Shown here: positions 18,629 to 26,680 of the stretch, piece after piece
Numbering within the stretch: the first letter of the stretch is position 1
How the letters are laid out: every line of letters starts with the position of its first letter
DNA from: a virus
Taxonomy: Duplodnaviria; Caudoviricetes
DNA: 38,635 nt
Strand: one strand, 5' to 3'
Virus record (IMG/VR): IMGVR_UViG_3300044724_001926
Coordinates: 1-38,635 of that record
Translations under genes and position numbers: made by a program
The notes under the pieces: model-generated
What the model saw: only the letters and a program-made list of their open reading frames with translations
Database searches by the model: none
What the model was told of the DNA's origin: nothing

Positions 18629-18706
18629 TATATAACAAACTAATCTAAAAAACATACAAAAAACATCATCAAAACGGTTGACGCTGAATATCACATAAAC
18701 TAGAAT
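18629..18706 (+). promoter_or_regulatory. Sigma70 early promoter P1 with A-tract UP element and upstream motif
   Basis: TTGACG (18678-83), 17 bp, TAGAAT (18701-06); A-tracts upstream; SD AGGAG before ATG 18741. Confidence 0.8.
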
Positions 18707-18740
18707 GTTTACATTGATTAATGACATAGGAGTACATCAC

Positions 18741-18989
18741 ATGAGCCATATCAAAAAAGCTGTTAAGGGTAACTACTACTGGACTCGCCGCTTAAGCCAT
18801 CGTGGTGACTTTGAGTGCCAGCCGATCATTAAGGTGTTCGCCAAGACCGGCGGCAAGCAATTTCCGCTGTGCGATGAGGTACTAATAAGCAGTGACGGCA
18901 CTGAGCGTGTATCAGGCTGGGCGCATCCAACATCAACGTACTGTCTGTTTGAGACAGAGCAAGCCGCCATCGAATACTACAACCGATAA
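18741..18989 (+). CDS. Early hypothetical protein
   Basis: First ORF after P1; SD AGGAG favours ATG 18741 over 18705. Confidence 0.7.
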   Translation: MSHIKKAVKGNYYWTRRLSHRGDFECQPIIKVFAKTGGKQFPLCDEVLISSDGTERVSGWAHPTSTYCLFETEQAAIEYYNR

Positions 18990-19003
18990 GGGAGGCAGTA
19001 ACA

Positions 19004-19204
19004 ATGCAACTGACATATCGTAAATGCCTTAACCGAGGCTGGGAGCCGGTGGTCTACCACACTGAAAGAGGTAGTCGCACGGCGGCAATCATCAAGCGCG
19101 GCCCCAAGTGGCTGACAATCAAGTGGGGCGATGGCTCCGGTAACAAGCGCGTTAAGATCGCAGAAGAGCGGTATATGCGCCGCATGACAAGCAAGCGGGG
19201 GTGA
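19004..19204 (+). CDS. Early hypothetical protein (basic, beta-rich)
   Basis: SD GGGAGG; tight packing. Confidence 0.7.
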   Translation: MQLTYRKCLNRGWEPVVYHTERGSRTAAIIKRGPKWLTIKWGDGSGNKRVKIAEERYMRRMTSKRG

Positions 19205-19207
19205 GCG

Positions 19208-19396
19208 GTGCAAACGTCACCAAGGCGGCAGGCATACGAGCAGGCCATAGACCTAGCCAATGAATTAGATTATTTGATTGATGCGTTGTACTCGCAAGAG
19301 GATGTAACCGAGCGCATGGATCAAATGACCTACGTGAGAAACGTCCAGCGTAGGCTAACCAAGGCGTTAAAGCCATTAGTAGAAAGCAACCCATAG
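19208..19396 (+). CDS. Early hypothetical helical protein
   Basis: GTG start, SD GGGGG, fills the operon gap. Confidence 0.6.
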   Translation: MQTSPRRQAYEQAIDLANELDYLIDALYSQEDVTERMDQMTYVRNVQRRLTKALKPLVESNP

Positions 19397-19408
19397 GGAG
19401 GGTTAAAG

Positions 19409-19651
19409 ATGTACTTAATTGAAGATAACGTACCGTATGAAAAAAGCGGCGGGCGGTTTGGTAAATACGACTTTAGTTTTATTGACCAGATTCAAATAGG
19501 TCAGAGCGTTGTAATGCAGGGCAAAGAGGTGCAAGCCTTACGCTCTCACATCAACCGCAGGCGTGAACGCAACCAGTTGCCGCATGGGTTTGCCATCGCT
19601 ACGCGCAGAGATAAAGAGATCGACAAAGTGCGCGTGTGGAGGCTTTCGTAA
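19409..19651 (+). CDS. Small putative DNA-binding protein
   Basis: SD GGGAGG; IEDNVP...KY.F.....IGQS and C-terminal VRVWR pattern common to small phage DNA-binding proteins. Confidence 0.55.
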   Translation: MYLIEDNVPYEKSGGRFGKYDFSFIDQIQIGQSVVMQGKEVQALRSHINRRRERNQLPHGFAIATRRDKEIDKVRVWRLS

Positions 19652-19962
19652 TGGATTGGATGGAGTGCATTGACTGCCTTGATAGCGATAAAAAGGATTG
19701 GCGCGAAAACTCCTTATCGTTTAATCCAACTGCATCGTTACGCGGGGATATTGCTCTCGCATTCTTTAAGGCACATGAGCTATGGGTTAGTGATTGCGCT
19801 CTACCCATTTATGAAAATCAGCTTGAGTGGATTGCAATGACGTTTGACTCTGCTGATGCCAGCCGAATCAATGAGCTAACGGCAAATGCGATTTGGTCAT
19901 ACATCAGTCAAACCGCGCACACTTGGTTGCTTGAGTGTGAAGAGCAGAACGTAGCATGGTGA
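19651..19962 (+). CDS. Hypothetical acidic protein
   Basis: TAATG coupling; SD GGAGG. Confidence 0.65.
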   Translation: MDWMECIDCLDSDKKDWRENSLSFNPTASLRGDIALAFFKAHELWVSDCALPIYENQLEWIAMTFDSADASRINELTANAIWSYISQTAHTWLLECEEQNVAW

Positions 19963-20177
19963 TTACGATGATGATGAATATCGACAAGGCAATGAATCAG
20001 GCTTGGTCTATGTATAGCGAATGGGCAGAGCGTGAATATAAAGCTGGGTTTGTGGCTGGCTATGCTGGCAACGTAATCCCCGATGAGACATTTAATAAGG
20101 TTTTCATTGAAGGGTTTGGGCGCGGCTATGAGTTTAATCAAATGCAAGAACAACTAAACAATAGTGGGGTATTGTAA
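19956..20177 (+). CDS. Hypothetical protein
   Basis: Coupled ORF; Y/F-xx-G-F/Y-xx-G repeats; exact start uncertain. Confidence 0.6.
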   Translation: MVITMMMNIDKAMNQAWSMYSEWAEREYKAGFVAGYAGNVIPDETFNKVFIEGFGRGYEFNQMQEQLNNSGVL

Positions 20178-20566
20178 TGGAGCAGTTAACATTGAAAGCA
20201 AAGCGACATAGCACAAAGCGGGTTTCGTACACCAAGATGAAGAACAGAGTTGTGCGGTTCCTTGGCGAAAACGGCCCATGTAACAAATCCGCGATTGTAT
20301 CGGGTGTTACTGGCAACTCTCTACGCATTCAGCGCACAGTCAACAACATGCTTTTGCGCGGCGAGATAATCGCGACGGACTCAGGCTTGCAACTGGCGAG
20401 CAAAAAGAAGTCAGCGCGACCGCCGCAAAAAGTAGACGTTCAGGACTTTACGGGCGGCGTGCTGTTTGATGACCACATGGGCAAGCTGTTGATAGTCGGA
20501 GCGTTGAGCGCTATTGGCATCTGGTTGGCTTTGGTGTTCATCGCTGTAATGACGATCTGGGGGTAA
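20177..20566 (+). CDS. Putative winged-helix protein with C-terminal transmembrane anchor
   Basis: Basic N-terminus, VVRFLGENGP...I...V......I...V..M..RGEII pattern; ends LLIVGALSAIGIWLALVFIAVMTIWG. Confidence 0.55.
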   Translation: MEQLTLKAKRHSTKRVSYTKMKNRVVRFLGENGPCNKSAIVSGVTGNSLRIQRTVNNMLLRGEIIATDSGLQLASKKKSARPPQKVDVQDFTGGVLFDDHMGKLLIVGALSAIGIWLALVFIAVMTIWG

Positions 20567-20568
20567 TT

Positions 20569-21225
20569 ATGGCTGACATACCAGAAGCGATAAAAGAACA
20601 ACTCCAAGCCGTTGGCCTAAATCGACAACAAGCGTGCTGGGAGGTGCGGAGCGGCATGTGGGCAGTCAAGCACTTTGCTTGTGAGCGCATCGCCGCAAAG
20701 CTAGGGATTAAATTTGATCCCCCAACACCATTGCACGTTAGCGCGGATTTTGTGGCGCTCAGTGTGCAAGGGCATCTAGGCGATCTAAGCGAATGGTCAG
20801 TAGGTGAGGCGTCATCAACGACTAGCCATAACAAATACTACTGCGCTATGGCTGAAAAGCGTGCAAAGGATCGCGTGATTCTGAAGCTAATTGGTGTACA
20901 CGGTCAGGTATATGCAGAGGATGAGGCAGACAGCTTTACCGAGCAGGGCCAGAAAATCGAGACGTTGACCAGAGCAGGCACCGCATTGATGGCGCACGTT
21001 GAGTTTGTTCGTAACAATTGGGACAGCGTTGTGGAGATTAAACAGGCTATCGCAGACAATGATGTGATGTATGCTAACCAGCTCCATGAGGGATTCAGCA
21101 ACGAAGAGAAAGAATTGCTGTTAGGCATTGCTACGACAAAGGGCGGCATCTTTACAACAGCAGAGCGGCAGTTTTTTAGAAGCAACGAAAGCAACCAAGC
21201 CAGAAAGGAGATTTATAATGGCTGA
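20569..21225 (+). CDS. Putative single-strand annealing protein (Rad52/Sak-like)
   Basis: SVGEAS......Y..AMAEKRAKDRVILKL.G....Y..DE motif; adjacent to SSB-like gene. Confidence 0.55.
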   Translation: MADIPEAIKEQLQAVGLNRQQACWEVRSGMWAVKHFACERIAAKLGIKFDPPTPLHVSADFVALSVQGHLGDLSEWSVGEASSTTSHNKYYCAMAEKRAKDRVILKLIGVHGQVYAEDEADSFTEQGQKIETLTRAGTALMAHVEFVRNNWDSVVEIKQAIADNDVMYANQLHEGFSNEEKELLLGIATTKGGIFTTAERQFFRSNESNQARKEIYNG

Positions 21226-21481
21226 TATGATCGGAGGGTTTTACCCCAAAGCAAAGCACCAAAACGCGCCAGATTTTGTAATTGGCAAGGCATCCATAAA
21301 CATCGCACAGTTTCGCGAGTGGATGGGCGGCTACATTAAAGCAAACCCAAATGACGAATGGGTAAATATGGAAATGCTGATAGCCAAGTCTGGAAAAGGC
21401 TACGCCAGAATTGACGATTGGAAGCCCGAGCAAGTCAACACGCCGCCACAGCCTCCAGCGGTCGAGGATGTGCCGTTTTGA
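21218..21481 (+). CDS. ssDNA-binding-like protein
   Basis: SD AAGGAG; APDF..G motif; Pro-rich linker and acidic EDVPF C-terminal tip like SSB. Confidence 0.6.
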   Translation: MADMIGGFYPKAKHQNAPDFVIGKASINIAQFREWMGGYIKANPNDEWVNMEMLIAKSGKGYARIDDWKPEQVNTPPQPPAVEDVPF

Positions 21482-21684
21482 TGCACGTAGGCGAAAGAAT
21501 CCGTCAGGTTCAAGCGCAGAACAGCATTAGCGGCGCAGAGCTTGCTAGGCGGCTAGACACTAGCCCCCAGCAAGTTAGCCGCTGGCGTTCTCAGCAAGAC
21601 CTTAAAATTAGCACCCTCAAGAAAATCTGCACGGCGCTGGAGATTGAGCTAGATGATTTTCTAGACAAAAAAAGCCCCGTATAA
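21481..21684 (+). CDS. XRE/Cro-family HTH regulator (67 aa)
   Basis: GERIR......S.AELARRL.TS.QQVSRW......ISTL.KI..AL signature; TGATG coupling. Confidence 0.85.
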   Translation: MHVGERIRQVQAQNSISGAELARRLDTSPQQVSRWRSQQDLKISTLKKICTALEIELDDFLDKKSPV

Positions 21685-21690
21685 CGGGGC
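21667..21690 (-). terminator. Intrinsic terminator on the minus strand
   Basis: Minus strand reads GCCCCGT-TAT-ACGGGGC-TTTTTTT. Confidence 0.7.
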
Positions 21691-21723
21691 AAGGGGGAGG
21701 GTATATCCATGATCAGTATAACA
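21667..21723 (-). ncRNA. Candidate OOP-like antisense RNA unit (extended -10 promoter plus about 40-nt RNA)
   Basis: Minus-strand TG-T-TATACT at 21723-21715 pointing into the terminator at 21690-21667; overlaps the HTH gene 3' end. Confidence 0.45.
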
Positions 21724-21740
21724 CCGCTGGGGGTTACGGT

Positions 21741-22154
21741 ATGCACCGTTATGACACCTTTTTATCGAAATTAAATAAATTAAAGAAAATCAAACAGGGG
21801 AGCTGGCGGGCATGTTGCCCAGCGCATAGCGACTCTGATCCATCACTAAATATCGACATTGGCGAGGATGGCAGGCTTTTAATTCATTGCTGGGCCGGTT
21901 GTGCCAACCTAGATATTATCAGCGCAGTAGGGCTTGATTGGGGCTCTCTGTATCCCGACACGGACAAGCATTATCACAGCATTGCTAAACGCAATAATAT
22001 CGTAGAGCGCACCGTAGACGATTACACGGTAGACCTCGCTCGCCATCAGAAAGATATGACGGCACAACGCATGGCAGAGGCAGAGCGTGCGGCATTACGG
22101 GGCGGCAAGCCATTTGGCTGGTGTGAGCATGTTGCAGGCGAGGCCAACAAGTGA
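21741..22154 (+). CDS. Stand-alone primase-type zinc-binding domain protein
   Basis: WRACCPAH.D..PSL......GR.LIHCWAGC motif; no TOPRIM domain in 137 aa. Confidence 0.75.
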   Translation: MHRYDTFLSKLNKLKKIKQGSWRACCPAHSDSDPSLNIDIGEDGRLLIHCWAGCANLDIISAVGLDWGSLYPDTDKHYHSIAKRNNIVERTVDDYTVDLARHQKDMTAQRMAEAERAALRGGKPFGWCEHVAGEANK

Positions 22155-22756
22155 AGTGGTTTAAACATGACTCTAACGCAAGCATCGACGCAAAACTAAA
22201 AAGGCTTAAGCACAAGTATGGAATGGAAGGCTACGGCGTCTATTGGTATTTACTTGAGTGCATAGCCAGAACCGTCGAGCCACATAACCTCACCTTTGAG
22301 CTAGAAGAGGACGCAGAGCTTATTGCGGCAGAGGTAAACATTCACAGAGAGAGGGTTGAAGAGATGATGCGCTTTATGTGCGATCTGGGACTATTTGAAA
22401 ACGCAGAAGGCAGGATTACATGCCTAAAAATGTCAAGCAGATCAGACGAATATACGCTAAAGCTAATGCGGCAAAGCAACAGTGTCCGGACAAACTCCGG
22501 AGCTAGTCCGGATAAAATCCCTCCTAATAGAATAGATAGAATAGAAGAGAAAGATATACGCAAGCGGAAAACATCCATCCCTGATGGGTTTGGTATTTCT
22601 GAAAGCGTGCGGAAGTGGGCAGAGCAACACGGCCATAAACGGCTTAATCAGCATCTAGAGCATTTTGTAGATCGGGCTCAATCAAAAGATTACAAATATG
22701 TAAATTGGGATTCAGCGTTTAAGGAGGCGATTCGTAAGAATTGGGCGGGTATATGA
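22151..22756 (+). CDS. Replication initiator (DUF4373/Lin1244-like N-terminus)
   Basis: WFKHDSNA..D.KL..L...YG.EGYG.YW..LE; C-terminal F.D......KY.NW.SAF..AIR; internal iterons; upstream of helicase. Confidence 0.75.
   Translation: MKWFKHDSNASIDAKLKRLKHKYGMEGYGVYWYLLECIARTVEPHNLTFELEEDAELIAAEVNIHRERVEEMMRFMCDLGLFENAEGRITCLKMSSRSDEYTLKLMRQSNSVRTNSGASPDKIPPNRIDRIEEKDIRKRKTSIPDGFGISESVRKWAEQHGHKRLNQHLEHFVDRAQSKDYKYVNWDSAFKEAIRKNWAGI
22481..22558. repeat. Putative replication origin: 11-bp-spaced TCCGGA iterons plus A-rich tract
   Basis: TCCGGA at 22485, 22496, 22507 and partial TCC at 22518; followed by AATAGAATAGATAGAATAGAAGAGAAAGATATA; in the initiator linker as in lambda O. Confidence 0.7.
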
Positions 22757-23730
22757 GCGACGTAGTGCAACCGCTTAGGCCAGCGGATATTCAAGACCTC
22801 ACGCCTGCTGATCTAGCACAGCGACTAAGCCAGTTTGAGTCAATGCGCCTAGCGCAGATGGCTGACTCACGGGATGAGTTGTGGGAGCAAATGCAAGTTC
22901 ATGGCCGCAATTCTGGCGTGCCAATGCCTTGGGGTGAGATGCACGGTAAATGGGGATGGAGAGAGGGCGAGGTGACGTTGATAGCTGGCCCTAACAACTC
23001 CGCGAAATCGGCGTTAATGTCGCAGATGGCGTTACATTACAGCCGATATCATCCGGTTGGCATGATGAGCCTAGAGGAGCCGTTTCGGGCGCAAGTGTAC
23101 AGATTTCAGAAGCAGGCTTTTGCGAGCGACAACGTGACGCGGGAGCAATTTGACCAGCTTTGCGATTTCACCAGAAACAGGATTTGGCACTACAAAGTGT
23201 ACGGCACCGTACAGCCAGCTAGGGCATACGGTTGCGTAGATGCGTTTCACAAGCGCGGCTGTAAGCTGGTAGTGATAGACAACGTACAGAAGTGCGGCGT
23301 TTCAGAGGATATAGACGAACAGCGCGATTTTATGAATGCGCTTATTGGTCTTGCGGAGATGGGCGTGCATATCGTGCTGATTCATCACACCAGAAAGCGG
23401 CCAAGCGGCCACACCTACCACCGAGCAACTTCTGACGATGTGCGCGGGGCTGGAGCGTTTACCGATCTTGCGACAAATCTGATTCTTGTTAATCGCAACA
23501 TAGAGCGCGGCGAGGCGCTAGAGAAGCAGGCAAGCGGCAAGTTTCTTACCGGAGCGGAGCAAGACTTGCTAGACGAAACCGCAGACTTAGATGTGCAAAT
23601 CAGAAAGCAGAAGTTTGGCGCGATGTGGAACGGCACGCTAAAGCTGTATTACGGCAATGGCATGACGTTTAAAGATCAACAGTATGGGCAGGATGTAAAG
23701 CTTCCTCTTCGCACTGTGGAGGCGTTTTAA
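22753..23730 (+). CDS. Replicative SF4 helicase (DnaB/T7 gp4-like, short N-terminus)
   Basis: GEVTLIAGPNNSAKS Walker A variant, SLEE, VVIDN Walker B, IVLIHHTRK, DVRGAGAFTDLA, KQK motifs. Confidence 0.8.
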   Translation: MSDVVQPLRPADIQDLTPADLAQRLSQFESMRLAQMADSRDELWEQMQVHGRNSGVPMPWGEMHGKWGWREGEVTLIAGPNNSAKSALMSQMALHYSRYHPVGMMSLEEPFRAQVYRFQKQAFASDNVTREQFDQLCDFTRNRIWHYKVYGTVQPARAYGCVDAFHKRGCKLVVIDNVQKCGVSEDIDEQRDFMNALIGLAEMGVHIVLIHHTRKRPSGHTYHRATSDDVRGAGAFTDLATNLILVNRNIERGEALEKQASGKFLTGAEQDLLDETADLDVQIRKQKFGAMWNGTLKLYYGNGMTFKDQQYGQDVKLPLRTVEAF

Positions 23731-24194
23731 TGCCAGAGTTTTGGTTGTGCAGAGATGTTAACCAGCTCAAAGAGCGTATCGGGTTTTTTGAGCAGTGGTT
23801 ACGCGATAATTGGGATTGGTCGCGGCCGGTTGAGTGGAGGGCAAAAGCGCATGTGGGTAGGCGCTCGCTTTCACAAAACGCACTTTTCCATATTTGGTGC
23901 AGAGAGATGGCTGAACACTTTGCGGCAAAGGGTATAGATATAGATCAGGAGCGAGCTAAGGATTTATTGAAGTATCGTTTTTTAGGTACGCACGATATAA
24001 TTGTTGGAAATACAACCATCCCGAATCAACTTAAATCTACGAGTAAATTAGATCGCGGCGAAATGTTTGACTTTATGAATCAGGTGCAAGTCTGGCTGTT
24101 GGATCATGGGGTCAATGTTACTTGTCCGGATGATTCCGAATATATGCAAATTCTTGGGGGCGGGGATGAGTCTAGAGCAATACGCGGTAACTGA
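23730..24194 (+). CDS. ninB: NinB/YbcN-like recombination protein
   Basis: RSLSQNALFHIW and STSKL...EM..FM..V..W motifs. Confidence 0.8.
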   Translation: MPEFWLCRDVNQLKERIGFFEQWLRDNWDWSRPVEWRAKAHVGRRSLSQNALFHIWCREMAEHFAAKGIDIDQERAKDLLKYRFLGTHDIIVGNTTIPNQLKSTSKLDRGEMFDFMNQVQVWLLDHGVNVTCPDDSEYMQILGGGDESRAIRGN

Positions 24195-25332
24195 CAGACA
24201 GCGCGAGGTTCTGAGGTTAAGAGCCGAAGGCTGGACGATTTCGGATATAGCCAAAGAGTTTGGCGTTTCAGAGCGAAACATATACAAGGCATTAGAGCGC
24301 GTAAAAAAAAGGGCGGCGCGGATGGGATACAGCCCAGAACATGACATGACTAAGCCCGTCCCTGACGGGTTTGTGGTTTCTGGCGTCTCAACCTATTACA
24401 ACGATGAAGGTAAGGCCATAGGCCAGTGGGTAAAATCAAAGCTAAGTGATGATGACCGACTCAAAGCACTAAGCGAAGCGATCGCTGATGCTGTAGAGGA
24501 TTACAAAGGGCTGGCAAAGCCGACAAAACAAAACAAGCAAAAGCGCGATGGGTCTGATTACCTTGTCGCCATCCCCATAGGCGACCCGCATATTGGCCTG
24601 TACGCATGGGCTGAAGAGTGTGGCGAAGATTTTGACACCGACATAGCCCGCGATGATTTGCTCAATGCTTCCCATGGCCTGTTTAACGCATCCCCAGACG
24701 CAGATAGATGCCTAATAGCGAATCTGGGCGATTTCTTCCATAGTGACAATCAGAGCAACCGAACAAGCAGATCAGGCGCGGCGCTTGATGTGGATTCAAG
24801 GTGGGCGCGAGTGCTAAAGCTGGGCTGTATGGTGATGGTTGATATGATTTATCTGGCGCTTAAAAAATACCCAGAGGTAGAGGTGATCAACGCTATCGGT
24901 AATCACGACGACCATAGCGCAGTGATGCTGTCGGCGTTTCTGTCAGCGTATTTTAATGACGAGCCTCGGGTTATCATTCACCCTACTGTGGCAAAGTTTC
25001 ATTACGTCAAATTTGGCAAGTGTCTGATAGGGGTAACCCACGGCGACACGATCAAGCACGCAGATTTAGGCGAGTTGATGGCTACAGATCGGGCAGAGGA
25101 TTGGGGTGCAACAGAACATAGGATGTGGTTTGTAGGCCACATACATCACTCGCGAAAGACAGAGCTACGCGGGTGTACTGTGGAGAGCTTTAGAACGCTG
25201 GCGGCTAAAGACGCATGGCACGCGGCAAAAGGCTATCGGTCAGGCCGCGATATGAACGCAATAGTGTTACATAAAGAGTTTGGGGAGGTTGCGCGGTATA
25301 GGTGTGATATTCGCATGGCAAGAGGATCATAG
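24166..25332 (+). CDS. HTH plus calcineurin-like metallophosphoesterase
   Basis: LuxR-like T.RQREVL.L...G....IA.....S; GDPH, GDFFH, GNHD, HGD, GHIHH motifs. Confidence 0.85.
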   Translation: MSLEQYAVTDRQREVLRLRAEGWTISDIAKEFGVSERNIYKALERVKKRAARMGYSPEHDMTKPVPDGFVVSGVSTYYNDEGKAIGQWVKSKLSDDDRLKALSEAIADAVEDYKGLAKPTKQNKQKRDGSDYLVAIPIGDPHIGLYAWAEECGEDFDTDIARDDLLNASHGLFNASPDADRCLIANLGDFFHSDNQSNRTSRSGAALDVDSRWARVLKLGCMVMVDMIYLALKKYPEVEVINAIGNHDDHSAVMLSAFLSAYFNDEPRVIIHPTVAKFHYVKFGKCLIGVTHGDTIKHADLGELMATDRAEDWGATEHRMWFVGHIHHSRKTELRGCTVESFRTLAAKDAWHAAKGYRSGRDMNAIVLHKEFGEVARYRCDIRMARGS

Positions 25333-25334
25333 AA

Positions 25335-25583
25335 ATGATGTTAATCGCGGCCCCATTACCAAAAGATAAAGGCATTGTGGTGTTTCTGCCCGCAACAATT
25401 GGCGGGTGCGTTACAGATATAGCCAACAGCAAGCACACGGTTGTATATACCGACACATGGCCCGAAGGGGTGACCATTGCGATGGATGCCCAAGAGTTTG
25501 CGAGCCATTGGCAAACAGCCCTAGCGTTAGAGGATTACGAGATTGAATTTACCCCAGATGAGGTGCCCGAAGTGTCGCACTGA
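25335..25583 (+). CDS. Hypothetical protein
   Basis: SD GAGGA; operon packing. Confidence 0.6.
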   Translation: MMLIAAPLPKDKGIVVFLPATIGGCVTDIANSKHTVVYTDTWPEGVTIAMDAQEFASHWQTALALEDYEIEFTPDEVPEVSH

Positions 25584-25710
25584 GATGCGACCGATGTTTC
25601 TGAAGTGCATAGACGGCAAGCTACATGGGTGGAAGTGCGACCCATGCAGAGAGTTTACTAAGGCAATAGGCCGCGAGCGCAAATTTAGAGACATGGAGAA
25701 AGCTATTTAA
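25558..25710 (+). CDS. 50-aa zinc-ribbon protein (not in ORF track)
   Basis: Manual translation MRCPKCRTEMRPMFLKCIDGKLHGWKCDPCREFTKAIGRERKFRDMEKAI; CxxC...CxxC; TAATG-coupled to the NinG gene. Confidence 0.7.
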   Translation: MRCPKCRTEMRPMFLKCIDGKLHGWKCDPCREFTKAIGRERKFRDMEKAI

Positions 25711-26093
25711 TGGCTATAAAACGTGATGCCGCAGACATCGTATTTAGCAAAGTTGTACGGGCGAGAGATGGGGAGTGCTTATATTGTGGCAAGCGTGAAA
25801 CGCTAGAGTGCGCCCATATATACGGCAGGCGTGCGGTTGTAACCCGCTGGGATATGATGAATGCGGTAACGCTTTGCCATCATCATCACCGATATTTCAC
25901 AGAAAACCCCCTAGCGTTTCATGATTGGCTATTGGAAGAGGTTGGCGAGGTGCATATGGCAATCCTACGGGAAAAACGCAACGGCATCCTTAAAGGCACT
26001 CAGGACGTTAGGCGGGAAGTAGCCAAGCATTACCGTCAAGAGTTGCTAAAGCTGGAGGCAAACCCAGATTATCAGGTTATAAGCTATATCTAG
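25710..26093 (+). CDS. ninG: NinG/Rap-like HNH endonuclease
   Basis: D..FS..VR.RD..CLYCG.....CAH..GR....TRWD..N...LC..HH. Confidence 0.78.
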   Translation: MAIKRDAADIVFSKVVRARDGECLYCGKRETLECAHIYGRRAVVTRWDMMNAVTLCHHHHRYFTENPLAFHDWLLEEVGEVHMAILREKRNGILKGTQDVRREVAKHYRQELLKLEANPDYQVISYI

Positions 26094-26094
26094 C

Positions 26095-26152
26095 TATAGA
26101 ACAAAATAGTATAAACAAAAGTGTTGACCCGTACATGGTTGGTAAGTAATCT
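26095..26152 (+). promoter_or_regulatory. Sigma70 promoter P2 with upstream motif
   Basis: TTGACC (26124-29), 17 bp, TAATCT (26147-52); A-rich upstream; SD GGAG before ATG 26189. Confidence 0.7.
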
Positions 26153-26188
26153 ACGCATATCAACTAACTGATATATGGAGTCAATGAC

Positions 26189-26680
26189 ATGAGTAACTTA
26201 ATTCAACAAATTGAAAAAGCATTCGCTGAGTCTGACGCGCAGGCTATTGCTGACGTTCCCGCTTTGATCGTCGAAGCGCGACAACAGTACCGCGATATGA
26301 AGGCCGAGTATTTAGCCGTTCCTTACCGCGAACAGGGTGAGCGTCAGCGAAAGATGGAAGCAATTAAGGCCTTTTTTAGCGCCAAGTTTCGCAATGATTT
26401 TGACTGGGGAGAAGCGGAGCACATCAATCGTCACATCGTCGCTGTCAAGAACACGCACGAAGCGCGTAACGCTCGCATCGCCGCCAAATTTAAGAAGGCT
26501 GGCATTGAGTCAATCGACGTTGATAACTTCAAAGTGGTATACGGTCAAAACTTTGAGGGCATGTGGTTGATCGACGGCCACCGCGTTACTATCAGCGTAA
26601 TATACGCTGGCGGCTACAACATCCAGCGACTACACCAGCGGGTGCTGGTCAACGTCAAAGCAATGAAGAAGGCCGCGTAA
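26189..26680 (+). CDS. Hypothetical protein behind its own promoter
   Basis: 163-aa ORF, SD GGAG, IYAGGYNIQRLH.R segment, ends KKAA. Confidence 0.75.
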   Translation: MSNLIQQIEKAFAESDAQAIADVPALIVEARQQYRDMKAEYLAVPYREQGERQRKMEAIKAFFSAKFRNDFDWGEAEHINRHIVAVKNTHEARNARIAAKFKKAGIESIDVDNFKVVYGQNFEGMWLIDGHRVTISVIYAGGYNIQRLHQRVLVNVKAMKKAA

